Shown in pieces: positions 22,570 through 35,659 of a stretch of DNA of 64,000 nucleotides (positions are counted from its first letter, which is position 1; every line of letters begins with the position of its first letter). This DNA is from Camelus dromedarius. Its lineage: Eukaryota. A program made the position numbers and the translations under genes. The notes under the pieces are model-generated. The model ran no database searches. It was not told where the DNA came from and was given only the letters and a program-made list of their open reading frames with translations. The stretch spans positions 107,944,001-108,008,000 of the forward strand of contig NC_087437.1 of the NCBI RefSeq assembly GCF_036321535.1, in the 5' to 3' direction.

Positions 22570-24130
22570 CTTTTTTAAAATGAATTAAAACATATCTTCA
22601 ACGACAGGAAAAATTAGAAGAGAATATTATGGACAATTGTATGTCAAAAAATTAGATAACCTAGATAAAGTGGGCAAATTTCTAGCAACACATAAATTAC
22701 CTAATGTAACTCAATAAGAAATAGAAAATCTCAATTGTCTTATAATAATTACATAGCCTCAACCGACAGTCAAAAATCTCTCAACAAAGAAAAGTCTAGG
22801 ATCAGTTGGTCTCACTGGTGAATTCTACTAAACATTTAAAAAATAATTAACACCTAACCTTCTCAGCTTATTCCAAAAACAGAAGAGGGGGAAGCACCTC
22901 CTAAGTGATTATATAAGGCCAGCATTATCCTGATACTGAAGCTAGATAGAAACATATAAGTAAAGGAAATTACAAACCAATACCCCTTATGAATATACAT
23001 ACAAAAGGAAATTAATAAACAGTCCCATTCACAACATCATCTAAAAGAATAAAACATCTAAGAATAAATTAAACCCAAGAGGTAAACTAATTATATGCTA
23101 AAAGCTACAAAACATTCCAAAAGAGTTAAAGACAATCTAAATAAATGGATAGACTGGAAGATTTAATATTGTTATGATTCCAGTATTACTCATATTTAAT
23201 GAGACTGAGAGTCTAGAAATAATAATGGAATAAAATTGATAGCACCAAAATAAACCCATACATTTCTGGACAACTGATTTTCAACAAGGGTTCCAAGTAT
23301 ATTCAATGGAGAACGAGTAGTCTCTTCAACAAATGGTGCTGGGACAACTGGATTTCCACATGCAAAAGAACAAAAATGGGCCCCTGCCTCACACCATATA
23401 AAAATTAATTCAAAATTGATTAAGGACCTAAATATAAGATCAAAATCAGAAAAATCTTAGATGGGTAAGTTCTTCTGTTCTTGTATTTGGCATTGTATTG
23501 TTTGGTATGATGCCAAAAGTATGAGCAGCAAAAGGTATGATACATAATTTTGACTTCATCAAAATTAAAATTTTTGTGCATCAGAGGACATGATTTATCC
23601 AGAAGGTGAAAAAACAATATACAGAATAAGAGAAATATATGCAAGTCATATATCTAATAGGGGTTTAACTCTTGTTAAACTATGTGACCCAGCAGTTACT
23701 CTCTTAGGTATACATCCAAAATAATTGAAAGTAAAGGCTCAAACAGATATTTGCATGCCAGTGTTGATTATCCATAATAGCCAAAAGGTAGAAGTAAACC
23801 AAATGTCCACCAACAGATAAGTGGATAAACACAATGTGGTATATCGATACAGTTATTCAGCCACAAAAATGAATATAATTCTGATATATGCTACAACATG
23901 GATGAACCTTGAAAACATGCTAAGTGAAATGAGCCAGACACAAATGGAAAAATATTGTGTAATTCCACTTACATGAATTACCTAGGATAGGCAAATTCAT
24001 AGAGACAGCAAGTATGTTAGAGATTATCAAAGACTAAAGGAAGAGGGGAACAAGAATGATTGCTTAATAAGTTTCTGTTTGAGTTGAAAATTTCTATTTT
24101 GGTGACGAAAATTTTTAGAAATAACGTTTA
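22570..24130 (+). mobile_element. L1 (L1MB-like) ORF2 and 3'UTR with several internal deletions
   Basis: aaattagataacctagat, ctggtgaattctactaaacatttaa, ttcaacaaatggtgctgggacaactgg and atgctacaacatggatgaaccttgaaaacatgctaagtgaa occur in L1 order but with shortened spacing. Confidence 0.9.
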
Positions 24131-24842
24131 TCCTGGTTAATTTATATAGGAAAACAATAAAATCAGATTTACATTTAATAAAAAATATTCTGTAAACAAA
24201 AGAAAATAAGAAATTACAAGAACAAATATAAACATGATTCAACTATATGCTGTCTAAAAGAGACATGTTTTATATTCAAAGACACAAATAGGTTGAAATT
24301 AAAAGAATGGAAGTAAATATACCATGTAAACAGTAACCAAAAGAGAGCTGGAGTGACTATACTAATATAGACTAATAGATTTTAATACAAAAATTGTTAC
24401 TAGAGACAGACATTTTAAAAGGATAAGAGGGTTGGTCAATCCATTAGCAAGACATATGATTATAAATGTATTATGCACCTGACAGAGATTTAAAATATAT
24501 GAAACAAAATTGGACAGAACTGAAAAGGAAAATAGACAATTCAACAGTAGTTGGAGATTTCAATACCCCTATTTTTAATCATGGTTAGAATAACAAGGCA
24601 AAAGATTAACAAGGATCAACACTAAAAACCAGCTAGAACTGAAAGACACAATAACTATGCCCCAAAATAGCCAAATACACATCCTTCTCATGTACACCTG
24701 GAACATTCTCTCTCATAAATTATATATTAGGTCATAAAACAAGACTCAATAAATATAAGGGATTGAAATCAAACAAAGTATATTCTTTGACCACAGTGGA
24801 ATAAAAATACAAACTAATGATGAAGGAGATTTGGAAAATTCC

Positions 24843-25178
24843 TGCTATAGTCTGAATGTTTATGTCCCCCCTAAATTCATGTGCTCAAGTTCTGAGTCCC
24901 AAAGTTCTGGTAAGTGGAGCCTTTGGGAGGTGCTTAAGTCATGAGAGGAAAATCTTCATGAATAAGATCAGTACCTAATAAAAGAAGAGCCAGAGAGATC
25001 CCTAGTCCTTCCACCTTGTGAGAATACAACAAAAAGTTGAAACAGGGGCCTTACTTAACCTTTCTGGCCCACTGATCTTGGACTTCCAGCTTCTAGAACA
25101 GTGAGAAATAAATGTCTATTGTTTGTAAGCTATCCAGTCTGTGGTATTTTGTTATAGCAGTCTGAACTGAACTAAGAA
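24843..25178 (+). mobile_element. MLT1A/MST-type MaLR solo LTR nested in L1
   Basis: tgctatagtctgaatgtttatgtcccc...gtggtattttgttatagcag...actaagaa; 5-bp TSD ATTCC at 24838-24842 and 25179-25183. Confidence 0.9.
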
Positions 25179-25671
25179 ATTCCAAGTATGTGGACATTAA
25201 AAACCCGCTTCTAAGTAATCAATGGCTCAAAGAAGAAATACAAGAAAAATTGGAAAATACTGTGAGATGAATAAAAATGGAAATACAACATCCCAAAACT
25301 TTGAGGATGTACCTAAAATAGTGCATAGAAAGATATTTATAGCTGTAAATCCCTCCATTAAGAAAGAAAACAAAGTTCTCAGATCAAATATAACAATCCA
25401 TGTTAAGAAGCTAAAAAAAGAACAATCTCTAGCAAAAATAAGCAGAGGGAAGGAAATAATGAAGATTAGAATGAAGATAAAAAAATAGGGAATAAAACAT
25501 AGAAAAAAACAATGAAATAAAACAGTTTTTTGAAAATATTAACAGAGGTGAGAAAGCTTTAGCTAGATTGAGCAGGAAAATGACAGGAGACTCAAATTAC
25601 TAAAATCAAGAATGAAAAAGGGAAGTATCACTACTAAATTTATAGGTACCAAACTATGAGCAACCATATGC

Positions 25672-26094
25672 TGTCAGCCGAGGGGGGCTGAAATGGGATT
25701 CAAGGAGGTGAGCTGCCCAACTGGAAAAATGCTCAAGGAGCCAACATGGAGCAAAACAGCACTTTATTGCAGTACAAGCAGGTGGCGTGTGCTGCGGGTG
25801 GCGGCGGCAGTGATGACAGGCTCAGGACTTTCTTCTAGTTTAACAAAATGGCGCCCCCACTCCATGGTGCACTTGTCCTGCTTTTATCTATTTTCTGCCT
25901 GCACACACGCAGTGTTCATTTCTTTGTTCGTGAGACTTACATAACACCACTAGCACGTGCGTACTTCTACTTTCTTTGTTCTTAAACTTATATAGCCGGT
26001 GCATGTGTACGATCATTATTTACCTTATACTACAAGCATGTTGTTGTGAACTTGGCCTTGGGCCCTATGGCCTACTCATTCAAGGTCACTAACA
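25672..26094 (-). mobile_element. Unclassified solo LTR, 423 bp, nested in L1 ORF2
   Basis: TG...CA termini; 5-bp TSD tatgc/tatac; L1 text resumes in register across it; AATAAA on the minus strand near 25762-25767; CpG-rich. Confidence 0.8.
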
Positions 26095-26670
26095 TATACC
26101 AACAGATTGCATAACCTAGATGAAATGAACTCCTAGAAAGAAACAAATTAATGAAACTGACTCAGAAGAAATAGAAAATTTAAATAAACTAAAAAATGAA
26201 GAAAATGAATTAGGAATTAAATCATTTAGCAAAGAAAAGCCCAGCTCCAAATAGCTCTATTGGTGAGTTCTATCAAATGTTTAAAAAGAAGCAATACCAG
26301 TCTTTCACAGACTATCTCAATTTTTTTTTTTTTTAAGTAGAGCAAACACTTCCCAATTCACTCTATGCAGACACTGATGCTCTAATTCCAAAACCAGACA
26401 AAATATCATAAGGAAAGTAACCACACACCAAAATACCTTACGATTACATATGCAAAAATTCTCAAAAAATACTAGCAAAACAAATGGAGCAATATATAAA
26501 AAAATATTGATTATTCACCATACCAAGAAGGATTTATCTCAGGAATACAAACATGGTTTTTAAAAAAAGTCAATATAATATATCAATAGAATAAAGGACA
26601 AAAACCACACAAGCATCTCAGTAGACACAGAAAAAGCATTTGACAAAATCCAATTCTCTTCCATGATAAA

Positions 26671-26673
<3 letters not shown>

Positions 26674-26721
<48 letters not shown>
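26674..26721. repeat. (TA)24 microsatellite within L1
   Basis: Read directly. Confidence 0.97.
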
Positions 26722-26722
<1 letters not shown>

Positions 26723-28514
26723 TCAACAAACTATAATTAGAAGAGACTTGTCCAATCTGATAAAAGACATCTACCAAAGCCCAAATCTAACATTACACTT
26801 AATGTTGAAAGACTGAATTCTTTACCTTTAGGTTCAGGAAAAATCAAGGATATTCATTTTCACCACTTCTATGCAATACTGTACTAGAGGGTCTAGACAA
26901 GACAATTTGGCAAGAAAAATAAATAAAAGTCATTCAGATTGAAGAAGAAGAAATAGAACTCTATTAGCAGATGACATGATTTTGGACATAGAAAATTATA
27001 ATTAAGACTCATTAAAAAAGCCTCTTAGAACTAAAAAATGAATTTAGGATACAAGATGAATATCCCAAAATCGATTGTATTTCTACACACTTTCAATTAA
27101 AAAATCCAAAAATAAAATTAAGGAAACAACTTCATTTACAATAATATTAAAAACAAAAAAAAGTATTTAAGAATAAATTAACAAAAGACAAATGCATTGA
27201 AGAATAAAAACTTTGTTGAAAGAAGTTAAAGATGACCTAAATAAAAGATAAGACATCTCACATTCCTGTATCAGAGATTAATATTATTAAAATAGCAGAA
27301 CTCCCAAATTAATTTGTGGATTTAATGCATACCTTATCAAAATTCAAGCTTTTTTTTTTTTCAAAAATTGACAAGATTATACTAAGATTAATAAGGAATG
27401 AAAGAAACCCAGAATAACCTAAATAGTCTTAGAAAAGAACAAAGTTGGAAGACCCTCAATTACTGATTTCAGAACTTGCTACAGAGCTATATTAATCAAG
27501 ACATTGTAGAATTATCATAATGATAGATATATAAATAACTAAAATATAATTGAGAATTCAGAAATAAACTCATATATTTATGTTTGGTTAGTTTTTGGTT
27601 AAATTTCCAAAGAAATAAAATCATTTCAGTAAATGGTACTTGGGCAAGTGGATATCCACATGCACAATACTGAAGTTGGACAATTACTTCACACCATAAA
27701 CCAATGTTAACTCAAAGTGAACCTAGACCTAAATGTGAGAATGAAAATTATAAAATATTCAAATGAAAACAAAGATATATATCTTTGTAGCTTATGTAAG
27801 TCATTGGCTTTATAGATATAATTACAAAAGCAAAACAACAAAAGAAAAACAGTAGATAAGTTAAGCTTTATAAAAATTAAAGTTTTGTTTTTCAAAGAAT
27901 GACATCTAGGAAGACAATCTGTAAAATGGGAGAAAATATTTGAATATTATATATCTTATAAGGGTATTGTATTCAGTATATAAATAGTGCTTAAAATTCA
28001 ACAATAAAAAGGGAAATAACCCAATCAAAAATAGGTTAAAGGATTTGAATAGATATTTTTCTAAAAATATATAAAAATGGCCACCAAGCATATAAAAGAT
28101 GTGCAATATCATTAGTCATTAGAAAACTGTAAATAAAATCCACAAGCAGATACTTCTTGACATTGACAAGAATGGCTAAAATAAAAATGACAATAACAAG
28201 TGAATATGTGGAGTAACTAGAACATCAAACATTGCTCTTTGAGTTGTAAAATAATGTAGCATCCTTGGAAGGCAGTTTGATAGTTCCTCAAAATATTAAA
28301 CAGAGTTTATCATGTCACCTAGCAATTTCACTAGGCATATTCTAAGGAGAATAAGAAGTACATATCCACACAAAAGCTTGTACATGAATGTTCACAGCAG
28401 CATTATTCATAGTAGGAAAAAGTAGATATAATCCAAATATCCATCAACTGATAAATGTTTCAACAAAATGTAGTACATTCAAGAAATGGAAAATTATTTG
28501 GCAATAAATATCTA

Positions 28515-28867
28515 TCTCATATATCTGCCTTCTGCAAGGTGGAGACCCAGGAAAGCCAGTGGCATAACTCTAATCCAAAACTGAATACCAGAGGAGGAGA
28601 GGAGCTAATGATGTAAATCCAAGACTAAGGTTAAGAGAGCAACAACGACTCAGCTCAGACAATCAGGCAGGAAGATAATGGAGTGAATCCATCTTTCCTC
28701 TGTCTTTTGTTACATTTAAAGTCATAACCATATTTTGGAGAAAATTTACTCAGTGTATCAGTTCAAATGTTAATCTCATCCAGAAACACCTTATAGATAC
28801 ATCCCAGAATAATGTTTAATCTGAGTACCCCATGAAACAATCAAATTGACATAAAACTAACAATCAC
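28515..28867 (-). mobile_element. MLT2 (ERVL) LTR fragment
   Basis: ctgcaaggtggagacccaggaaagccagtgg...ttcaaatgttaatctcatccagaaacacc...aaattgacataaaactaacaatcaca. Confidence 0.85.
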
Positions 28868-29068
28868 ACTACTGAAATTCAATGAGTTTGCACATTGTAA
28901 AGAATACCACTATCATATTAAAATAATTAAATTTTAAATTCGAAAAAATTAAAAAACACTAATAGGACTCTTAAATATTTGAATGAAATTTAAACTAATC
29001 TACATCACTTTAATTTTATATTGCTATCATTTTTCTAAATGTCATGGTTTGGAAAATCTTATGACTTG

Positions 29069-29445
29069 TGTATTATTTGCTAGTACCATAAACTGAGAGG
29101 CTTAAACAACATAAATTGATTTCTCAAAATTCTGGAAACTAAAAATCTAAAATTGATGTGTTGGCAGGGTTGAGATCAATGAGGGAAAAATCAGTTTCAG
29201 GTCTCTCTCTTACAGACTGTGGTCTTCATGTTCACATGACATTCTTCCTGTAGGTATGCATATATTCACATTTCCTCTTTTTTACAAGACACCGATCATA
29301 TTGGATTAGGGCCCACCCTAATAACCTTATTTTTAAATTAACTAGTTATATCTACAATGTTCTTATCTCCAAATAAGGTCGCAATCTGAGGTACTAGGGC
29401 TTCAGACTTGGTTTTCTGTGGGGGACACAATTCAAACCACGCTAT
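29069..29445 (-). mobile_element. MLT1B/C-type MaLR LTR
   Basis: ggcttaaacaacataaattgatttctc...tcatattggattagggcccacccta...ctccaaataaggtc...gggggacacaattcaaacc. Confidence 0.85.
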
Positions 29446-29647
29446 ATTTTTAATGTAATTTTGGAGATGTTTTCCCTCTCCTTTATTCTCTCCACCTTCA
29501 GAACAAATTGTAATTTTTTTCTCTATTGCTTGATATACTTGCTAATGCACTTCTAAGTGCTTATTTTTTGTTGAATTTCTTTAAGAGTTTTTTCTATTGT
29601 ATAAATATGATTTTCAATTGTGATTTCCCCCATGTTTTGTTTCTTTA

Positions 29648-30129
29648 CACAAACACATCCCTTTTATTGTGCTCCTTTTATTGCTCTTTGAAGATACTGT
29701 GTTTTTTACAAATAGAAATTTTGTGGCAACTGTACCTCAACTAAGTCTACTGGTGTCATTTTCCAACATCATTTGCTCACTTTGTGTCTCTGTCACATTT
29801 TGTTAATTCTCCTAATATTTCAAACTTTTTCTTTATTATTATATTTATTATGGTGACCTGTGATCAGTGATCTTTGATGTCACTATTGCAAAAAGATTAT
29901 CGCTAGCTGATGATGGTTAGCAATTTTTAGCAATAAAGTATTTTTTAATTGAGGCATGTACATTTTTTAGACTTAGTGCTATTGTACACTTAGTAGACTA
30001 TGGTATAGTGTAAACCTAAATTTTATATGCACTGGGAAACCCCAGAAATTGTGTGACTTACTTTATTGTGATACTCACTTTATCACAGTGGTCTGGAGCA
30101 GAACCTTCATTATCTCTGAGGTATCCCTG
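29648..30129 (+). mobile_element. Tigger1 internal-deletion derivative (TcMar-Tigger)
   Basis: Both Tigger1 ends present (ttttattgtgctccttttattgc... and gtggtctggagcagaacc...tatctctgaggtatccctg) with TA flanks; about 480 bp, no transposase. Confidence 0.88.
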
Positions 30130-30281
30130 TACCAAGGTTGAGAAAAACTGGAAAAGTGATTCATTCACAAAAAAGTCACTTTTCCAAATGTATGAGTTAG
30201 TGTGGTGTAGTGGTTGCCAGCACAGCTCTGCAAACATGTGTCCTGAGTTTGAATGCCAATGACAATACCACCTGAATGTAT

Positions 30282-30316
30282 GACCCTACCACTGAGCTAT
30301 ACCCACTTCCCACCCC
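30282..30316 (-). mobile_element. 5' head only of a Vic-1-type SINE, abutting a MIR fragment
   Basis: ctaccactgagctataccc is the reverse complement of gggtatagctcagtggtag; the rest of the SINE is absent. Confidence 0.7.
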
Positions 30317-30559
30317 TTTAATTTTTGGATGGGTTCTGATCAGATTGCCCTTCTAATTCATATTAAAGCATTTGATTTATAGAAGCTATTTTTTTATTTT
30401 ATAAAAATATTGATAGTGTGTCATTAGTTATAATGATATAACAGAAGCTACACTTTTACAAATTTATCCATGATTTTGATAACAAATTAAATACAATAAA
30501 TATATTGGCAGCAAGATTTTATTTTACTTATTTTATTTTATTTTGGCAGTAAGATTTTA

Positions 30560-30990
30560 AAAATTCAATCTAATTTATGAAAAGGTAATAACTGCACTGA
30601 AAAGAAAATTAAAAGACTAGAAAAGGATATGAAGTGAAAATCAAGACTCCCTTTTACCCCCCTGCCCCAGCCAACACAGCAGTGAACCACTGGAACTAAT
30701 TTCATGTGTGTAGGTTTGCCTGTGTGTGCATTAATGGATGTTTGCAAAGAAAGTCTACACATGTAAAAGAACTGTTTGCACAAATATCTGGACTTAGCAA
30801 GCACTGTTCTGCAACTTGCTTTCTACTCTGCACACCGCATTAAGTGAACACTGTGTATTAACAAATCTTACCTATTTATAAAACATTATAGTACTATGCT
30901 ATTTAATAATTTTATATAATATATAATTTATAATTCTTATTAAATGTCTGTGGCAAAATTATTCTAACAAGACCTCTTTGGATATATGTT
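30560..30990 (-). mobile_element. Old L1ME-type 3'UTR fragment
   Basis: gaaccactggaactaatttcatgtgt and actgttctgcaacttgctttctact are antisense L1ME-like motifs. Confidence 0.5.
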
Positions 30991-32617
30991 TATGTTTCCA
31001 AACAAGGTAGTAGTAATACTTTTTAATTTAAAATTGCATTATCATTAATAGTAAAAGGAAAAGTATGGTAATACTATCCTATTAGCCTTCTCTAAATCTA
31101 CTTCCCAAATAAGGATCAACATAACATCCTGTTACCTGCTGCATTGAAAATGTCATTGGCATAACTTGAAATTCTGTATTTTGTGGTTCCTTTATTTTGA
31201 GATTGAAAAATAATAATAATTTGATCTTTGTCCCGCCCACAAATAAATTAGATTTTCCAAATACTATGATATCCATTTTACCTACCAGCACCGAAATAGT
31301 AAACACTCTTAAAGAGCTCTCTAGTTTTGTGTTTTACTGCTTTCTTCCCTTCTTCATTTTGCGACACCTCAACTCTCTTAATTAAACTCTTTTATAATTA
31401 TTTCTTTTATAATTATACCTTCCTTTCTCATTAAGACTTCTTGTTTCTTAATTTGGATCAAAAAAATTTGTGCCTAAAGTGAATTTCATTGAAAGTCAAA
31501 AGCTCAAGTAGTAAAACAAATAAAAATAAGCATCCTGTTCACCATTTCTAGTTCTGATGGAAGGGAAAAGGTCAGAGGAAATAGAAAACATGAAATTAGC
31601 CCACTTGCAGGCTGAAATTCGTGTAATGATCGTGTCAGGTCTCTCGCTCCATTTATAAGTGGAAAGTATGTTTGAGTCTCACACAATACTGAGTAGAAGC
31701 TGCAAACAAAGTACAGATGTGCCCAGGAACAAAAGCATGATTGTTATGTTTAATGCACTTGTATATATTCTCTAGTGTTCTTTTGCCTCCAATAGCCTTA
31801 AACTCAGGTCAAGGTTTTGTAACAGCAGTTATGGGTTTTACAGTGGACTAGCTGAGTTAATCCTAACGTGCTAACAGTAACTTAAATAAAATGTCTTTGG
31901 ATAACCAATATAAACTATTTACAATGTGTGAAAGACTAGTTAGGTAGGTTAACTTTCTTTTATTAAATGATGGCATTTAAGTTAACATACACAATGAATT
32001 AAAGTTGCTGAGTATATATGTAATCATAACACAGGTTGTTTTTGGAAATAAATCTGAAAACTTATTAAGATTTTACTGTACAGTTAAAAATTATACAGTC
32101 ATCAATCACTGCACATTCTTTTTCCTGTTATTAAAGAAGAAAGCTCCGTTAACCTTAGAATAGAGACTTACCATTTAAATGATTGCTTTTAAGACTAGTT
32201 ACATTACTTCTCCACCTTTGGTTAAGATCATGTGTGAAGAATAATTATGTTTTGTGTTTACACTGAAATGCTAGTTTTAAGTTATTCCTTAGTTTAAAAA
32301 AAAACAAAAAACTGCATGAAATTGTAAAATGTTTAGCCAATATTTCCATACCTTTGGTAGTATAAATTACAAGTGTGCCTATTAAGATTGATCAGTGGAT
32401 GTTACAGAGTATCCTTCTATAGGTATTAAGGAGTTTATTGACACAAAAGTAAGAATTTTTAATAAAATATTTTAAATTAAGATCAAGTAACAAAACATGA
32501 AACTACCAAAGAAAAATAGATTTATTGGGGCCAAAAGTCCTCAAGACCTGTCAGAGATATTAAGTTGCCTGTAAACAAACAAACAAAAAAGGAATATAGT
32601 TAAATAGCCAATTATTT

Positions 32618-32762
32618 ATTTATTCTTTTTTTTTTTATTTTGGGGAGAGGTAATTGGGTTTTACTTATTTACTTATTTTTAATAGAGGTACTGGGGAATG
32701 AACCCAGTACCTCATGTGTGCTTAACAAGACCCTCTACCACTGAGCTATACCCTACCCTCCT
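32618..32762 (-). mobile_element. Camelid Vic-1-type SINE, full length
   Basis: Antisense A and B boxes (ctaccactgagctataccc; ggggaatgaaccc), T-rich tail; 15-bp TSD aatagccaat(t/a)attt at 32603-32617 and 32763-32777; TT/AAAA target on the minus strand. Confidence 0.93.
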
Positions 32763-33049
32763 AATAGCCAATAATTTTTAAGGTAACATCTAAATTAAAG
32801 TATATTCAAATTTTGCAACATTTTCTAGCTATTAAATATTTATGTTGAAAAAATTTAATGTCCCAGAAAGTATTTTAAGAAAATACACACACTATAAATT
32901 CTAAATGAGTCTAGAAAGCCAATAAAAAATTAAAATATTTGCATTGGTTAACTCCCCTTAGAAGTATGGGTGATTTTATTTTTAATAAAATCAACCTATA
33001 TTAATGTTTATTGCTTTTCTATAAAATTTAATTTTAAAATGTTAATTTT

Positions 33050-34275
33050 TTTTTACCCTTTCAAAGAACCAGCTCTTGGTTTTATTGATTTTTCCATTTT
33101 TTAAATATCTATTTTATCTATTTCCTCTCTGCTCCTTACTATTTCTTTCCTTCTGCTGACTTTTGGTTTTGTTTGTTTTTCTAATTGTTTTAGGTAATAG
33201 AGTAGGTTGTTTATTTGAGATTTTTCTTATTTTTTGAAGAAGGCCTATATTCTATAAACTTCCTTCTGAGGACTTCTTTTGCTTCATCTTATAGATTTGT
33301 ATATGGCTGTGTTTTCATTGTCATTTGTCTCAAGATACTTTTTCATTTCTTATTTGATTTCATCATTGATCCATTGGTTTTTTAGTAACATATTTTCTAG
33401 TCTCCATATAGTTGTTTTTTCCTCATTTCTCTTTCTGTGGTTGAGTCCTAGTTTCATGCCGATGTGGTCAGAAAGGATACTTAAAATAATTTCTATCCTC
33501 TTAAATTTTTTGAGGCTTGTCTTGTCCCCCAGTATGTGATCTATCCTAGAGCATGTTCTATGCACATTTGAAAAGAATGTATATTCTGGGGTTTTGGGGT
33601 TTTTTTGTTTGTTTGTTTTTTGTTTTTTTGATGTAATGAACTTAAAATATCAATTAACTATAACTGTTCTATCGTATCATTTAGGCTCTCTGTTGCCTCA
33701 TTGATTTTCCATATGGAAGCTCTGTTCATTGATGTCAATGGGTGTTAAAGTTTCCTACTGTTATTGTATCCCTATCAATTTCTCCCTTTCTGTTTTTTAG
33801 TTTTTGTCTCATGTATTTAGGTGCTCCTATACTGAATGCATATATATTAACGAGTGTAATATTCTCTTCTTGCATTTATCCTTTCATCATTTTATAGTGT
33901 CCTTCTTTATCTTTCTTTATGGCCTTTGTTTTAAAGTCTATTTTGTTTGAAATCAGTATTGCTTTCTTGTCATTTCCATTTGCATGAAATATCTTTTCCA
34001 TTCCCTCACTTTCAATCTATGTGTGTCCTTCACCTTAAAGTGAGTCTCTGGTACACAGCATATTTTAGGCAGTTGCTTTATTATCTAATCTGCCACCCTA
34101 TGTCTTTAGATTGGGGCATTTAATCCATTGGCATTTAGGGTAATTACTGATTGTTATGTATTTATTGCTATTTTAAACTTTGTTTACAGGTTGAGTTTGT
34201 ATTTCTTGTATGTTCTTTTCTTTTTCTTTTTCCTTTTGTGGTTTGTTTTCTTCTGTATTATGCTTGTGTTGTACT
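33050..34275 (-). mobile_element. L1 ORF2 endonuclease-domain fragment
   Basis: ORF 33350-33565 RTCSRIDHILGDKTSLKKFKRIEIILSILSDH...KNQWINDEIK contains L1 endonuclease motifs (SRIDH, SDH). Confidence 0.95.
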
Positions 34276-34809
34276 TCAAAAACAAACAAAATCATAGAAA
34301 AAGAAAAAGAAATCAGATACCATCGCTGACTTCTTCTCTGTAGCCCTTTCAATTAATTTGTAACCACTTAATTGCTTTTATTGTATTTTTTTCTGCATAA
34401 AATAACTAAAATGGTCTATGTTTCCTCATTGAACTCTCAATGAATCAGGGATATAGGAAGAAATTTAAAGAGCTGTTCCATTAAAAAACTTTATAAGACA
34501 TTGTAGCATAAGTAGACTTCATATACATCCATACATTTTAAGGAAGTGAAACGTACCTGTAGTGATACATTCCTCCTTCATTTCAACACAAATGATCTAA
34601 CAATTTAAGCACTATGGCAAAGATTGGCCAGGTATTCGCCAATGTTATTTCTTCATCATAAATGCATAAAGTCATTGCATTTCACACCTTCCTTTGCAAC
34701 TAAAATGAAGTCATGTGTTCTAGACAATAGGAAAAGAGTGGAAATAATGTTTGCAAAGACATTATGTTTACTAAGCTTCTTGGAAAAAGAAAAACATAAG
34801 ACCTTGTTT

Positions 34810-34944
34810 ATAGTATTTGCTGATTTTTCTGGTATAAATACACCATGACTGATAGTGAGTTATCAACACAACATCAGTAAACTTGGAAGAGATGCAAAAA
34901 TTTACTATTTCAAGCCAGTTTGAACTGGTTGAATCATACTATTG
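34810..34944. mobile_element. MER63-like hAT-Blackjack fragment
   Basis: gatttttctggtataaatacaccatgactgat...tatcaac...ttggaagagatgca resembles MER63. Confidence 0.5.
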
Positions 34945-34959
34945 GACTTATGTGAGTTC

Positions 34960-35185
34960 AGAATTATTCAACCCCATGCATGACAACCCATGCTGTCTTC
35001 CCCTACCATGAATATCATTGAGGTCTCATTTTGAAGGCAGGCAGCATCATGAGATGGAGGGGAGCTAGAATCCAAAGTCCTGTATCAGACTGTGATATGA
35101 ATGAGAAATAAATCTCATTTTATTAAGCCACTGGAATTATAAGGATGTTTGTTGTTGCAGCATAACCTAGTGTGCCCTGTTAATC
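34960..35185 (+). mobile_element. MLT1H/I-like MaLR LTR, 3' part
   Basis: atgagaaataaatctcattttattaagccactggaatt...gtttgttgttgcagcataacctag. Confidence 0.75.
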
Positions 35186-35432
35186 TTTGGATTAAGAGAT
35201 ACACACTACTATATATAAAACAGATAAACAACAAGGTCTTGCTGTGTAGCACAGGGAACTATATTTGATATCTTGTAATATACTATAATAGAAAAGAATC
35301 TGAAAAGGAATATATATATATATATATATATATACTCTAGAATGACTTTGTTGTACACCAGAAGATGATAAAGTCGAGAAAGAAGACAATTGTAAATCAA
35401 ATATACTTGAATTTAAAAAAAAAAAAAAAAAA
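35186..35432 (+). mobile_element. 5'-truncated artiodactyl-type L1 3'UTR with poly(A)
   Basis: ataaacaacaaggtcttgctgtgtagcacagggaactatatt...tgttgtacaccagaa...gtaaatcaaatatacttgaattt followed by an A tail; internal (TA)n. Confidence 0.9.
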
Positions 35433-35659
35433 CCTACAATGACTGGTCGCAAAGCAGAAGCCTCCAGTCATAATAAACCCATTTATGAGCAAATGTTAAA
35501 TAGCATGTAGAGGATTCCCAGAATACTTTGCAATTGGGTTCTACAGAAACTTACTGTCTGTGTTATGTAGGTATGTAGGTTGGGTCATGAATCAGTGCTT
35601 CCTTTCTAATAATTTATTATTTATACCTACAGTATGTTAGAAATGAAATCACACTTGCA

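Larger units (their letters stand above)
24200..28510 (+). mobile_element. L1 ORF2 (endonuclease to C-terminal region), interrupted by two LTRs and a (TA)n
   Basis: actatatgctgtctaaaagagaca (ICCLQETH-like), gacacagaaaaagcatttgacaaaat (DAEKAFDK-like), ttagcagatgacatgatt (FADDM-like); many stops. Confidence 0.93.

Noticed and set aside
25841..25865. aacaaaatggcgcccccac as an LTR end plus tRNA-Lys primer-binding site
   Set aside because: Only the first 8 nt match a Lys PBS, it lies in the middle of the TSD-bounded element, and it is on the strand opposite the polyA signal
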